From positions 5,986,784 through 6,050,783 of the forward strand of contig NC_052165.1 in the NCBI RefSeq assembly GCF_902713615.1: a stretch of DNA of 64,000 nucleotides. Reading direction: 5' to 3'. The notes under the pieces were generated by a model. It was not told where the DNA came from and made no database searches. It saw only the letters and a program-made list of their open reading frames with translations. A program made the translations under genes and the position numbers. The number at the start of each line of letters is the position of its first letter. The stretch's first letter is position 1. Source of the stretch: Scyliorhinus canicula (taxonomy: Eukaryota). Below are positions 38,655 through 52,574 of the stretch, one piece after another.

Positions 38655-40576
38655 CTGAAAAACAAAACGAACATTGAAGGAGATTTGGACCACCAAAAAC
38701 GTTTTTTAATTATTTAAAAACAAATCAAATGCCATTATGAAAATATACAAAATTAGGTCGACAGGAGCGTTATTAACTCAGTTTTACAATTGGGCCTAGG
38801 GCAGTTTCCACCCCCCCCACAAGTCTTATTAATTTTACAACAAAAAATAAACATCACTTGGCAAGTTTTTCTTCAAATTCTATATTTGTGTTAATCAAAG
38901 TGAAAACAAAGGGGTTGTTTTTTTTTACATCTCATTGTACTTAAACATAAAAGTCAAATGAATTTACAGTGGAATTTACCACATACTATGCGACAGATTA
39001 TTGCAATAAACAATCTGTTTAATGATATTACAGAGCTGGATTCTCCAGTCCCCCAGCTGAGTGTATCTCGGTGGCACGATTATATACCCCCAGCACTTGT
39101 CAATGGGGTTTCCCAGTGAAGCCACTCCATGCAGCCGTGAAACCCGCAGGCGGGGGTGCGCTGCCAGCGGGAACCGAGAACCCCCACAGCTGGAGAATGC
39201 CCGCCCTAGCCCATGTGTGCAAAAAGCATCATCTGTTTTGGATCTGTAATTGTAAAAACCCATAAAAAACTGGGCCCGTTGAATAAAAATGGCTCAGATT
39301 GTAATAGCACGTCCGTCGAATTGTTTAAACATTAGAATAACATTTTTAATTATTAAACCACTCAGTTGAAGGAAAGCAAAGGCAAAGCTGTGACGTTGGT
39401 CTTCAATGGAGTTCAGTGCCTGACTTGAAAATTGCGGGATTTCTAAGCTACTGCACCATTTGCTTTCTGCCACATCCGGGAGCTTCACATGGATGGAAAC
39501 AATGAAAGCTGCCTTCCTTTCGGACTAGCACCTGTGCTTTTTGAACATGCAACGACAGAAGAGCAAATAGATGGGGAGTGCAAATTTAAGAATGTAAAAG
39601 CTACATTTCTTTTGCAGGGGAGGGAATAAAAACTACTCCCCAATTGAGTTATGTTAATATGCCCCATTCTAATTATCATCAGTGCTTTTTAGAAACCTGC
39701 GTTGCTCATTTTTCTTTGCCGAGGATCACACTCCTAACCAACATCATGCTCCAGATTCACATCTTTGTGCATCATGTTGGAATGCAGCTCGGAAAGTTCC
39801 AACTGAGGTCAATTGATTTTTGTTTCGTTAGGTAAGCGTATTAAGGAATGTCGAACCAAGACGGGTAAACGGGGATGAGCCATGATCTGACTGAATAGCA
39901 AGAACACACAGGAGGAGATGAATGGCCTATGGAGTAATGGAATGTGGTTAAATGATTCTCAACGTAGCAGACTATTGGCTCCAATCGTTTTACTGTTTAT
40001 AGCTGCTAAGTGGAGATTTGGCTTCTGTGGAGAAGTGTGGGAAGGGAATCAATAGTTCCCATCAAATATAGGTTTTAATGTTTTTAAAAAAAAGCCACTT
40101 CAACTAGCCGCTGGATAATATACCACTCTGCTACATTCCTTTTGGATGCCTCCTCGGTCAGCTTCTCAGGATATATCAATGGTCCGATTACTAAGGGGTT
40201 ACGTTAAAGGGCGCAGGTCATGAGCATCTTGGAAACTAACTCAGGTTGAGTCCAAATTGTGTTCCTTCTTGAAGTTTTAGCCAGAAGTCCACACATTTGA
40301 CCTAATCCATCTACCATTCTTTGTTTCACTTTCAGATTAGATGTTTGCTTTCCAATTAACGCACTTTTTGGCCACTTTAGCAACTCAGGTTAAAGAGAGG
40401 AGAGCAATTTCTGTTGACCTTGGTATCTTTCTAAAACCCAAAACCGCTAAATGAAAGAGTTGCAATCAAAACAAAGCTCCGGTATTATTCAGATTGCTTT
40501 CTTAGATTGTCAGCTTTACAATATTCCACTCAATGGATCTACTCCACATTCTACTGTATTTGGCTTGACCATTTTG

Positions 40577-40906
40577 TGGCAGTGGTTAGCACTGTTGCTT
40601 CACAGCTCCAGGGACCCAGGTTCGATTCCCGGTTTGGGTCACTGCCTATGCGGAGCCTACACGTTCTCCCCCGTCTGCGTGGGTTTCCTCTGGCTGCACC
40701 GGTTTCCTCCCACAGTCCAAAGACGTGGGGTTTAGGTGGATTGGTCAGGCTAAATTGCCCCGTAGTGTCCAAAAGTTAGGAGGGGTTGCTGGGTTACGGG
40801 GATAGGGTGGAGGTGTGGGCTTAGGTAGGCTGCTCTTTCAGGGGCCGGTGTACACCCGATGGGCCGAATGGCCTCCTTCTGCACTGTAAATTCTATGAAT
40901 CTATGA
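40577..40906 (+). mobile_element. V-SINE, tail A (ERGIC2 intron)
   Basis: Full structure. Similar copies at 51403-51720, 52254-52567, 53614-54095 (with a nested short SINE) and 60190-60510 on +, and 41770-42012 on -. Confidence 0.88.
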
Positions 40907-42477
40907 TCTTCTTTCTGGTCTCATTTACAATGCACTTCATTATAATGGTTCTTACACTGGGAAATTACCTGTTTTATTTTAGTGACTTGACATTCACCAT
41001 TCCTTGCTGCATCTGTAGATTGTTATAAGGCTATTGCAGTTTTAAAACAATTCGGTATCATATTATTTTACTGTTGATAGTTGCTAAGTGGCAGTCCGGT
41101 CAGGGCCCATCTTATATATTCACAATTGCTACTGCTTTCATAATTTCCTTGGCATTATCAGGAAACACTGTGGCACTGCCTTGTGTTGTCTGTGCCAAGT
41201 TGGTGTGATGCAAGTTACAGAGATTTGGAAGGAAAACATGAGCTAGAATAGCCACAAGTCAGTTCTCAATTAATAAGTCCAGAGCATTAAAGTACCAAGA
41301 TTTAGCACTGGTTGACAGCTTAACCAGAAAATTCCAAGGACCAGATGCTATTAGAAATGTTCTTCTGAGGCTGGAATTAAGGCACTAGGTTTTCCAAATA
41401 AAACTGTCAATTTTTTCATGGTAAATTAGGCAGCCTGATCGTAAAATATGCTGGAGTTCTGTTCCATTAGAACTCAGCCAAAATTAGTACATGCCTCATT
41501 TCCCACCTTCAGCGGCTAGGGGAAGTACCTATTCATTTTTAGATCAAGTGGGTAATTGGAAATGAGGTGGAAATTACATAAAATGCCCCAGTTTTTGTCA
41601 CTTCTGCTTTATCTCCCTCAGTTTTTGCTAATATGAGATAGGAACCTGGTTTACCAGGTGCTGTAGAAAAGGAGTGAATTTTTAAAAAAGCCCAGTAGGT
41701 TAATCGCAGGAATTGATGAAACCTTATTTTTGACTCATTTTCTAATGCTTCTTTTAAGAAGGTAAGTTACATAGAATCCACAGCATCCTGACAGTGCAGA
41801 AGGAGGCCATTCGGCCAATCGAGACTGCACGGACTCTCTGAAACAGCGTCCAACCTAGGCTCACTCCCCTATCCCTGTAATCCCACCTAACCTGCACATC
41901 TTTGGACAGGAAGGGGCAATTTAGCATGGTCAATCCTCCTAACCTGCACATCTTTGGACAGGAAGGGGCAATTTAGCACGGTCAATCCTCCTAACCTGCA
42001 CATTTTTGGACTGCTGCAATCCAATTTAAATCCCAGTTCCATCACAGGTTCCTCACTACCAACGACCTTTTTATATTCCAGATTGGCACTCTGAATCAGC
42101 TGTGCATGGGTGCTTCGTATGTGTCACGGATGCAATGTTTGCTGAAGCAAGCAATTTGATTACGTGCCCAAAGAACAATCAGTTCTTTGATTGACAATGA
42201 TAGGACACTGTTATTTTACAGTGTGCCAGCATTCCCAAAGGTATAAGATTCACAAATGTGCTCTCCCTTCTCAATGACACTTCCAACATTTAATTGGAAA
42301 GGATTCTATCCTCTCAATTTACAGCTCATTTGCAACCAGCAGAAACACATAATTCAAGTGGTAGATGGACGTATTTGCTGCTACCTTAGACGCACCATCA
42401 ACAAGATTTATTGCTACAAAACCACTAATATTGGTCACTGACTCAGCATTGCCACTGAACATCAGGAAAGCAGGTTT

Positions 42478-42818
42478 TTTTTATTTGTTCATGGGATGTG
42501 GGCGTCGCTGGCTGGGCTGGCATCTATTCTCCATCCCCAAGGGCATTTAAGAGTCAACCCCATTGCTGTAGATCTGGAGTCACATGTCGGCCATACCAGG
42601 TAAGGTCGACAGACTTCCTTCCCTAAAGGACATTAATGAACCAGATGGGGTTCGACAATGATTTCATGTTCATCTTTGGACTTTTAATTCCAGATTTTCT
42701 TTTACTGAATTTAAATTTCACCATCTGCCCTGATGAGATTTGAACCCAAATTCCCACAGCATGACTCTGGTCTCTGGATTACTAGTCCAGTGACAATATC
42801 ACTAAGCCACTGCCTCCC
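42478..42818 (-). mobile_element. tRNA-derived SINE sharing its tail with the older CR1-group LINE
   Basis: Head GGGAGGCAGTGGCTTAGTG...GGTTCAAATC; tail CAGCGACGCCCACATCCCATG resembles 22230-22250. Confidence 0.7.
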
Positions 42819-44814
42819 CTGGCTTTACTAGTGAGATAGAAAGCCTTGCCGTACAGTTACCTGTAACCGAATGCAAAGCCTGCAGATGCCAGAAGAGGCA
42901 GTCCCCTCGAATCTAAGGGCAACACGGCAGGAGTCTAAGTATACAAAAGAGACAGTCAGACAGCCCTAGAATCTCCATCGTAAGACCTTCTGCTGCCGAT
43001 GGCTCTGGAGTTGCCACAGAATGCAATGTGGCTTGCAGTATACAGCAGATAATGTTAATGCTCCCCCAGTCCAGTTGCGATTCATAGCAAACCGTAGAGT
43101 TAACAGGCCCAATGTGGACAAGGAAATCTCCTGCTGTTTACCACCTACCACTCTCCCTCAGATGAAGAATAGGCACTGCTCCCTGTTGAACATCACTTTG
43201 AAAGTCCCACCAAGGGTACGGACTGTACTCTGGGTGGGGGATCACTAAGTGGCTCGGCAGCACCACTACTAACCAGGCTGACCAATGCTGAAGGGCAAAG
43301 CTGAAAGACTGGGCCTGTGGCAGATGGTGAAAGAACAAACATGAGGGGGGCACCTACTTGACCATAGCCTCACCAATCTCCACGCGTCTACAGCCTGTGG
43401 AGATACATCCAACAGTGCTGCTGGGAGGAAATTCTGGCATTTTGACGCAGCAATGAAAAAGTAACGGCGACATATTTCCAAGTCACGATGGCGTGACTCA
43501 TGGAGGGACCTTGCAAGACCTGGTGTTGCCGTAGTCAAGACGGTGTGACTCGTAGAGGGAACTTGCAAGACCTGTGTTGCCACAGCCACCTTCTGCCCGT
43601 GTTATAGATGCTGCAGATTGCATGTTTGGAAGGTGCTGTTGAAGAAAACCGTGCATCGGTGGTGGAGGAAGAGAATGCGTAAGGTGGTGGATGATTTGCC
43701 AACCCATCAGGCTTCTTTGACCCGGGTTACTTCAAACTTCTCAAGAGTTGTTGGAAGTGAACACATCCAGGCAAGTGGAGGGTATTTAATCACACGCTGG
43801 CTTGTGCCTTGCAGGTGATTGAAAGGCATTGGGGAATCAAGAGATTAGCCACTCACCACAGAATTCCCAGTCTCTGGCCTGCTCTCCACAGTATCTATCC
43901 GACTTGTCCAGTTACGTTTTTGATTAGATGCTTATCGCCTGCCACTTGTGTGGCACAACAGCGCATTCAGAAAGCGCGCCACTCTGCCCTGGAAGTAGCC
44001 CGACGAGACTATTTATTTGGAAACATTGTTTGGATATTCCAAAACTGATGATATCTCGTAAGCTGTCGCCCAACCATGCAGCAAGACCATGTCCCAATCC
44101 TCCACTGATCAGTTCCCGGGTAGTGCTAAACACTTGGGGCTGACCCAAGCATTAAAATGATGCTCATGATTCTTAGCACTCAGTCAGGATATCACCTGAC
44201 CACAAATTGGGGCTCTTTTAAAGGGATATATCCAACTCTGTCGCACCTGAAACCACGTTTGGTGCGGTCAGCAGCGATTTTGCAAAATAAAGTGAGCTTT
44301 CCTGTACCTCCAAATGTGACATGGGCTAGAAGTGTTTGAAACACCAAGAATCAGAACGATCGTTTCCTCCGATGTTGAAGGAGGTCAGGGAGGAAACAGC
44401 AGATGCTCTGAGGATCATTTTTCCAATCTTCATGAGACACAAGGGAGGTGCCGGAGGAGTGGAGGAATGCAAATACAGTTCCGCTGTTTTAAAAGTGTAC
44501 TAAAGGGGACACGGTAGCACAGTGGGTAGCACTGTTATTTCACCAGGGTACCAGGTTCGATTCCTGGCTTGGGTTACTGTCTGTGCGGAGTCTGCACGTT
44601 CTCCTCGTGCTTTCGTGGGTTTCCTCCGGGTGCTCCGGTTTCCTTCCACAAGCCCCAAAAGTTGTGCTGTTAGGTGAATTGGACATTCTGAATTTTCCCT
44701 CCAAGTACCCGAACAGGCGCTGGAATGTGGCCACTGGGGGATTTTCACAGTACCTTCATTACAGTGTCACTTTAACGCTACTTGTGACAATTCAAATTAA
44801 AAAAACCCAAAGAA

Positions 44815-45930
44815 AATGCCAAACAATTGGCCATGTGGTGGATAGAGTAGAGGATAGCTGTAATCCCCAAAATGATATAGATGGGTTGGTGGAGTGGACA
44901 AGAAAGTAGCAGATGTGGAGTTGAACTCTGCTAAGTGTGAGTTAATGCATTTAGGGAGGTCCAACAGCAAAAGGGAATACACAATAAACGGGAATATACT
45001 GAAGGGACAGATGAAGTGAGAGATCTTGGCGTGCAAGTACACAGGTCAATAAAAAGTAGCAGTACAAGTAGATAAGGTTGTGAAGAAGGTAAATGGGATG
45101 CTCTCCTTCAATGGTAGAGGTACAGAATACAAAAGTAGTGATATTATGCTGGAACTGCACAAGACGCTAGTGAGGCCACAACTGGAGGATTGTGTGCAGT
45201 GCTGGTCACATTACAGGAAGGATATCATTGCTCTGGGGAGAGAGAGCAGAGAATATTTACTAGAATGTTACCAGGGTTGGAGAATTGTAGCTATGAGGAG
45301 AGATTGGAGAGGCTGGGGTTGTTTTCCTTGGAATAGAGAAGGCTCAGGGATGACATGAATGAAATGAAAATCGCTTATTGTCACGAGTAGGCTTCAATGA
45401 AGTTACTGTGAAAAGCCCCTAGTCGCCACATTCCGGCGCCTGTCCGGGGAGGCTGGTACGGGAATCGAACCGTGCTGCTGGCCTGCTTTAAAAGCCAGCG
45501 ATTTAGCTGAGTGAGCTAAACCAGCCCCTTGAGCTAAACCAGCCCCTGTTCACATGATTGAGGTGTACAAAATTGCGAGGGGTACAGATAGTTTAGACAG
45601 GAGGAACCTGTTTCCCTTGGCAGAGAGTTCAAAAACCAGGGGCCATAGATTCAAGCGAAGTGGCTGAAGGATTGGAGGGCACATTAAGAAAAACATTTAC
45701 GCAGAGGGTAGTGGGTGCCTGGAATTCGCTGCCCGAGTTGATGGTGGAGGCAGAAACCATGAATTATTTTTGAAAAGTACCTGGACCTGCACCGTAAATG
45801 CCGTAAGCTGCGGAGCTATGGGCAGTGTGCAGGATGGGATTGCAAAGGGCACCTGGGTGTCCTGGGGTCATCATGGACAGGATGGGCCAAATGGGCTCCT
45901 TCTGTGCTGTACCATTTCTATGGTTCTAAG
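44815..45930 (+). mobile_element. CR1 3' fragment with nested short SINE (45359-45547, -)
   Basis: RT C-terminus LVRPQLEDCVQCWS; the SINE is flanked by an ACATGA duplication. Confidence 0.88.
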
Positions 45931-47089
45931 TGCCTGAAACGGGAAAGTATTTAATTTCCCAGTACTAATACAAACTTAAAAACAATTCACAAAATCCTTA
46001 AACAATTCCGAAAGGATTAAAAAGATGTTAGCTTGTAATTGTCCACCAAATCTGCTCTTCCTATAATGCCTCTGTAAATTCACTGGGGTAACCACTTGTG
46101 TATGGTTGGATTTAAGTGTGAGCCTACAAGTATGCTCCCAATATAAATTTCAATTGACAGACCTGCAGCTTCTGTAGCATTTCTTACGATATTTTGAATG
46201 AAAACTATACTCATTGGTTACTGTCAACAACTCCACAAGCTGTATTTTGTGAAAAGACTTTAGGGCAACTTGTGGCTGGAACAGCAGGCCACCGACAAAG
46301 AGCACAACATCTGCAGCTTGCTCAGTCTCTATCATGACCTACAATAAGGGGTTGGAGGGCTCACCATGTTCAAATCGTCCAAGCTACGAAAATAATTTAG
46401 ACCTGGTTATTATACTTTTAAGTAGAAAATGGTCTTTGTGGCTTTCAAATGTAAACATGGAGACCCATCATTGACTCCTGCTTTTACAGGATGCTTTTCT
46501 TCATCCTGAATTTTTAGGCAATTCTTGTTTGAACCTCGGTTGTAGTGGTTCAGCCTTGTACGCTTCATTGAACATTCTAGTGCAAGCCAGATGAATTAAC
46601 ACTGCTAATTAGTTTTTCGCCACGGGTCCTTCAAAACATTTGCTTTTTCGGCAGTATACAAAACAGCATTCTTTCTTCCGCTTCACAGAATATCTGCAAA
46701 TCAAGTGGGTCAATGTGCAGCTTGCTAAGGGAATGCTCTACCTTTCCTGTATAGGCTGCCAAGGGATAGGAAAGAACGAAGCTTCAAAGCTCTTGCTCTC
46801 TTCCCTCCACTTTGGTGGGAGAAATCACCATCTCCCCATCTTGGGAGTGCTGATACAATGGTGATAACATGGGCAGCACGGTGGCACAGCGGGTTAGCCC
46901 TGCTGCCTCACGGCGCCGAGGTCCCTGGTTCAATCCCGGCTCTGGGCCACTGTCCCTGTGGAGTTTGCACATTCTCCCCGTGTTTGCGTGGGTTTCGCCC
47001 CCACAACCCAAAGATGTGCAGGATTGGCCATGCTAAATTACCCCACAATTGGAAAATATTAATTGGGTACTCTAAATTTAAAAAAAAAT

Positions 47090-47995
47090 GGTTATAACAA
47101 TCATATCTAAAGGCCTAGAAGACAAAGGCAGAAGTCACACTGCAGCTTATACAAAGCTATATAGGCCGTATGTCGAGTGCTGCAAGCGGTTCTGGGCACC
47201 ACATCTTAGGAAAGATAAACTGGCCATGGAGGGACAGTGTGGGGTTCAGCAGAATAGTGCATGGGCTTCAATGTTTAAATTACAAGGAGTGTCGGCACAA
47301 ACCAGAGCTGGACTTTAGGATGTCAAGGAAGGATTTGAATCACATTTGCAAGAGATTAAAATGTAGGATAGATAACGTGGAAATATTACTGCTGGTTTGG
47401 GAGTCTGGGACACGGGTCCCAGTCCAAACATTGGAGGCCGACCCTTCAGGGTGAAATTAGGAATCAGTTCTAATAATAATAATAATGATCTTTATTAGTG
47501 TCACAAGTGGGCTTACATTAACACTGCAATGAAGTTACTGTGAAAAGCCCCTAGTTGCCACACTCCGGCGCATGTTCAGGTACACAGGGGGAGAATTCAG
47601 AATGTCCAATTCACCTAACAGCACGTCTTTCGGGACTTGTGGGAGGAAACCGGAGCACCCGGAGGAAACCCACGCAGACACGGGGAGAACGTGCAGACTC
47701 CGCACAGACAGTGACCCAAGCCGGGAATCGAACCTGCGACGCTAGAGCTGTGCAGCAAGTGTTACCCACTGTGCTACCGTACTGCCCACGGTACACACAT
47801 TGGAAGCTTTCCCCCCCAAATGATGCTGGATTAATTGTTAATTTTAGAACCAAGATTGATCATTTTTGTTACTCAAAACTATTAAGGGATATGAGAAAAA
47901 GGCAGGTGCGTGGAATTAGGAACAGATTAACCATGATCTCATTGAATGGCGGGACTTGCTCAAGGAGCTAAATGGCCTCCTCCTATCCTCATGTC
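47090..47995 (+). mobile_element. Degraded CR1 3' fragment with nested SINE
   Basis: RPYVECCKRFWAPHLRKD; CR1 tail near 47930-47995. Confidence 0.7.
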
Positions 47996-48587
47996 CAAAC
48001 CAGAAAGAATATTAATTTTACTTTGAAAATTTGTAAGAGCGGGAAAAGGACTGTACCAGAGAGGCTGAAAAATAATTTCCTACATATTTTCAACACTGTC
48101 AGAAGCATTCTGAGCCAAAGGATATCCCTTGCTTCACATATTCTGCGAATGAACTCAAAATTGAAAATGTGCTCAGTAGCGAAACCTCCTTTGATGCAGA
48201 AAGGGTCAGCTTTCCGTGTCTGCTTTGTGTTTCTCGTGACTGGTCTTTCATTATAACCCCTACAATTTCCAATGCTCCCTTCCAGATAGTTAGAAAATCT
48301 TTTTTATAGGATAGCCTGAATAATAATAATTTAAAAAAAGTGGTTTATGAAATCAAACCCTGATGTCATTATTGCCTTAAAAATAAATTAGTCTTTCCTG
48401 GTGTGCAGAATGAAGGTCATTCAAAGAACACCTAACTTAAGTACAGGTATTCCTTGGACTTAACCCAAGAATCTCCAATTCGGAAGTGAGCAGTTTGCTA
48501 ACAACACATTCGGGGCACAAAAGGTAAAAACGGGTCACTATACTTCTTTTGTGATGAAAGGACACAAGATGAAGAAAATCAACTTAC

Positions 48588-48667
48588 AGATTTAGGTTTA
48601 TAAGCTCCAAGTTTGAAACGACAACAGATGACATCAACTAAAAAACCCACAAGTCCATGCAGCATGC
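48588..48667 (-). CDS. ERGIC2: ERGIC2 internal exon (80 bp), missed by the ORF track
   Basis: Acceptor attctttctttag, donor TCT|gtaagt. Encodes (G)MLHGLVGFLVDVICCRFKLGAYKPKS, in frame with the previous exon. Confidence 0.92.
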
Positions 48668-49874
48668 CTAAAGAAAGAATAGATCAAGCATATAAGCTGC
48701 CATGTTATTATATTAATGCAATTACGCTGATTTGCAAACCAAAACACTGCACAATATCCTTTATCTGCAGTTTATGACATTAAATCGAAAAGTTTCCGCG
48801 ATTATTTTCCAGAGGAAAAAGGCATTGCTGAACTTCGAATCCCATCCCAGGGTCAACAGTCTTCAATATATATAAAAAAATAATTAATGAATCAATTCAT
48901 GCCAAATATGAGTTTTAAGAGCAAATGGATTCACACAGTGCATTCAGTCCATACGTGTTGCTGGCTCCACCAAGGGAGGGAGGGTAATACGTAGGTTCAC
49001 AGGAGTATGTAATCAATTAGAGGCCAAATAATAACTGGGTAACAGTGGAGTTCTAAGTTCTATGAAATAATACACTATATTAAGTTGTTAACAGAAAATA
49101 TAATGTAATTAATCACAAAGTAACGAAGATGGTAACATTGGCATTTCACCAACAAGAATTTCTGTAGTTTAACCAACACTATAGTCAAACACACAATACT
49201 GCCAATATTTTCAGGAACCAAAGATTTAAAAAACAAGTAATTTTTGGTTATTTCACTTCATTACTATATTTCGCAAATAGATCTTACAAGTTGTCAGCAT
49301 TCTGGTTATCAAGGCACAGGTGATGGTTTTATCCGCACATAAATTGCCCCTTCATTGGAAAAAAGAATAATTGGGCACTCTAAATTTATTTTTAAAAAGA
49401 GTTATCTGATGGCTTAGACTTGCCGATTTCCAGTGAAACTGCATCGCCGGGGAAAGTTGAACAGGACGCGGAATTGTCATTTGACTTCAGGTTTATCGAG
49501 AGCTTTCACCTATAGAGTGCTCAAGTTCAAGTGCGCCATCAATTCAACATAAATGAATGCAAATTCCACTCTTACAAACGTACCAATTTTAGAAGAATTA
49601 TTGAATTTCCCGAGTTGCAATACCCAAACTGGGTTCAATGGTGCAGCTTCAATCATCACTCATACCCAGAGGTAATTGGTTATCTCACAGTCTGAAAGTA
49701 TAGCTTTTTCACGTAATATGTTTTTCTAGAAAATCGTGATTTTCCTGTGGTATTTTAAATGTTTTACTAAGCGTTGGAGGCAGGGTTGGGTGCAGAGGAA
49801 TCTTTCATTTTCGACAATCAGTGTCATCATCAAGCAAAATTGGGCTGAGGTGCAACTAAAGAGTTTTTTTTTTA

Positions 49875-51395
49875 AAAAGTGCATTTCTCGGGATGTGGAG
49901 CTTGCTGGAAAAGCTGACATTTATTGCCCAGCCCTCATTGTCCTTGAGCTGGTAAGTACTAGGCCACTGTCGCGGACCACTATAATCTGTGTAGTGAAGG
50001 TGCTCTAATAATGTTAAGCAGGGAATTCAAGGGTTTTAACACAGCAGCGATGAAGGAATAGCGATAGCCGCACAGATCGGGATAGTGTGTAACTTAGAGG
50101 AAAGCACAGGGAGGTTGTGTTGTCAAGCAACTGCCATCTTTCCTTCTAGATATCGGTCTTGGGAGGTTTCCCAGAAGCTGCCTGGGCGAGTTGCTGCAAT
50201 GCATTCTGTAGATGGTACATACTGTCGTCACAGCACAGTGTTGGGCTGATGCACTAGCCAACTGTTTTTAGCCTAGATGGTGTTGAACTTGAGATTTGTT
50301 GTAGGTGCACGCATCCAAGCAATTGGAGAGAATTCCGTCACATTCCTGACTTAGGCCTTACAAGAGGAGGGAAGTTAAAAGGGGAGCCAGTCGGCAGAAA
50401 GCACTCGTCTCCAAACTGTTCTGGCAGCCAAAGAATTTGTGGATGGTTCCGTTTCAATGGTGACCCCCACGATGTTGATAGTTGGCGATGCAGTGATCGA
50501 CTCAATACCAATTCCAGTTACCTGCAGGCATGGACTGCTTCACAATGTGAGGAATTGCAAAAGGAACTGTACACCGTCCGAGTTTCAGCAATCATCCCCA
50601 ATTCTGACCTCATGGTGGAGGCAAGGATACTGATGAAAGTTGAAGATAGTTGTGCCCAGGACACAATCCTGAGGAACCCCTGCAGCACTGTCCTGTGGTT
50701 GGGATTATTAGCTTCAAAATGATCACTCCAGTCTTCTATTGTGGCAGGTAGGACTCCAGCCAATAGAGTTTTCACCTTCAGTTTTATTAGGTCTCTTTGC
50801 TGCCACTCAGTCAACTGTTGCCTTGATGTCAGAGGCAGCAATTCTCAACTCAATCTCCAAAACCGAAGTCTGCACCAGAATGATTCTGGCAGAATCTAAA
50901 CTGAGCATGTGAGCAGATTATTGGTGAGTATGTACCATTTGATAGCACGACTAATGACTTATTTCATCAGTTTGCTGATGACAAGGTGTAGGCTAACGAG
51001 GGAGTAATTGGATCTGGATCTGTCCTGATGTTGTGGGTAAAGCGTACCTGCGCAATGTTTCACATTGTTGGGTAAATGCCATTGTTGTAGCTCCATGGGA
51101 ACAACTTGGCCAAGGGCATGGCTAATTGTGGGGCACAGGCTTTCAGCACTGCAACCAGAACCCCGTGGTTTGCGCACTTGGCCATTTCTTGATGTCACAT
51201 GGGGGCGACTCGAAATGGCTGAAGACCGGCATCTGTGCAGCTGTGGACCTCGGGAGGCCTCACACTCAACATTTCAGATCGAGGTTGATCGCAGACACTT
51301 CAGCCTCTTCTTTTGCACTGGCATGCTGGGCGATGGTAATGTTTTCAGAGCTTCTTATTGCCAAATGTTATGGTACTGACTAACTTACCAGTTGT
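49875..51395 (-). mobile_element. Older CR1-group LINE relic
   Basis: RT-like remnants; tail shared with 21985-22255. Confidence 0.65.
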
Positions 51396-51896
51396 ATCGA
51401 CTGGGCAGCACGGTAGCATAGTGGTTAGCATAGTTGCTTCACAGCGCCAGGGTCCCAGGTTCGATTCCCTGCTGGGTCACTGTCTGTGCGGAGTCTGCAC
51501 GTCCTCCCCGTGTCTGCGTAAGTTTCCTCCGGGTGCTCCGGTTTCCTCCCACAGTCCAAAGACGTGCAAGCTAGGTGGATTGGCCATGCTAAATTGTCCT
51601 TAGTGTCCAAAAAGGTTAGGAGGGGTTACTGGGATAGGGCGGGGTTGTGGGGTATTCTGTCCACGGGTCGGTGCAGACTCGATGGGCCGAATGGCCTATT
51701 TCTGCACTGTAAATACTATGTCTACACCTGAAATGTGCTAATTTTAAGGCTCTTGGTGTCGATTGTGCATGCAGATTTGAAAAATTAAGAAAAAATATTC
51801 TTTCTGCAATTTTGAGAATATTAACGCAGCAGGGCCACAATTGCAATCAATATTCTTGTTGCTAGTGCAAAAGTAAAACAATAGTACAGTACTTGC

Positions 51897-52059
51897 CTGT
51901 CGTTGAGAATATTCCTCCAATAATTCCACACAGTCTCACTAAGAATTGTCCTAAAGGCATGTGCTGCTCAGTCACTGTAACCGTCAAGGAGCTGATGTCG
52001 TACTTTATGAAAATACCTGACACTCCGTGGCTGCCTGCTGCGTGGTTTATCACACGTTC
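51897..52059 (-). CDS. ERGIC2: ERGIC2 internal exon (163 bp) ending at a GC donor
   Basis: Acceptor tctcttcctccag. Encodes ERVINHAAGSHGVSGIFIKYDISSLTVTVTEQHMPLGQFLVRLCGIIGGIFSTT(G). Donor CAG|gcaagt. Confidence 0.93.
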
Positions 52060-52574
52060 CTGGAGGAAGAGAACGGCTCACTGACAAGGAACCTTGATAC
52101 AATGCAGTGATATACAGCATTATGTTTACATTATCTGAAAACCCTCCACTTTAGTTTAGTGTAGAATCAGATCACCTTTAACTTTCTTACATAATTATAA
52201 CTGAGCCGGTCTGCTGGAGACGCCTGTAGTCACCCAGCTCAGTCAGACAGATTGGGCAGCACAGTGGCTAGCACTGCTGCCTCACAGCGCCAGGGACCCG
52301 GGTTCAATTCTGATCATGGATGACTGTCTGTTTGGAGTTGGCAAGTTCTCCCCGTGTGTGCGTGGGTTTCCTCCAGGTGTTCAGGTTTCCTCTCAGTCCA
52401 AAGGTGATCAGGTTAGGTGGATAGGCCATGCTAAATTGCCCCATAGTGTCCAAAGGTTGGGTGCGGTTATGAGGTTATGAGGGTAGGGAAGGTTCGTTCA
52501 TAGGGATGGTGCAGACTTGATGGACCGAATGGCCTCCTTCTGCACTGTAGGAATTCTATAATTCTATTGTCTCT

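Noticed and set aside
46339-46383. Initially taken as the main ERGIC2 last exon
   Set aside because: 38589-38654 has a stronger acceptor and a better peptide match; kept only as an alternative-exon candidate.
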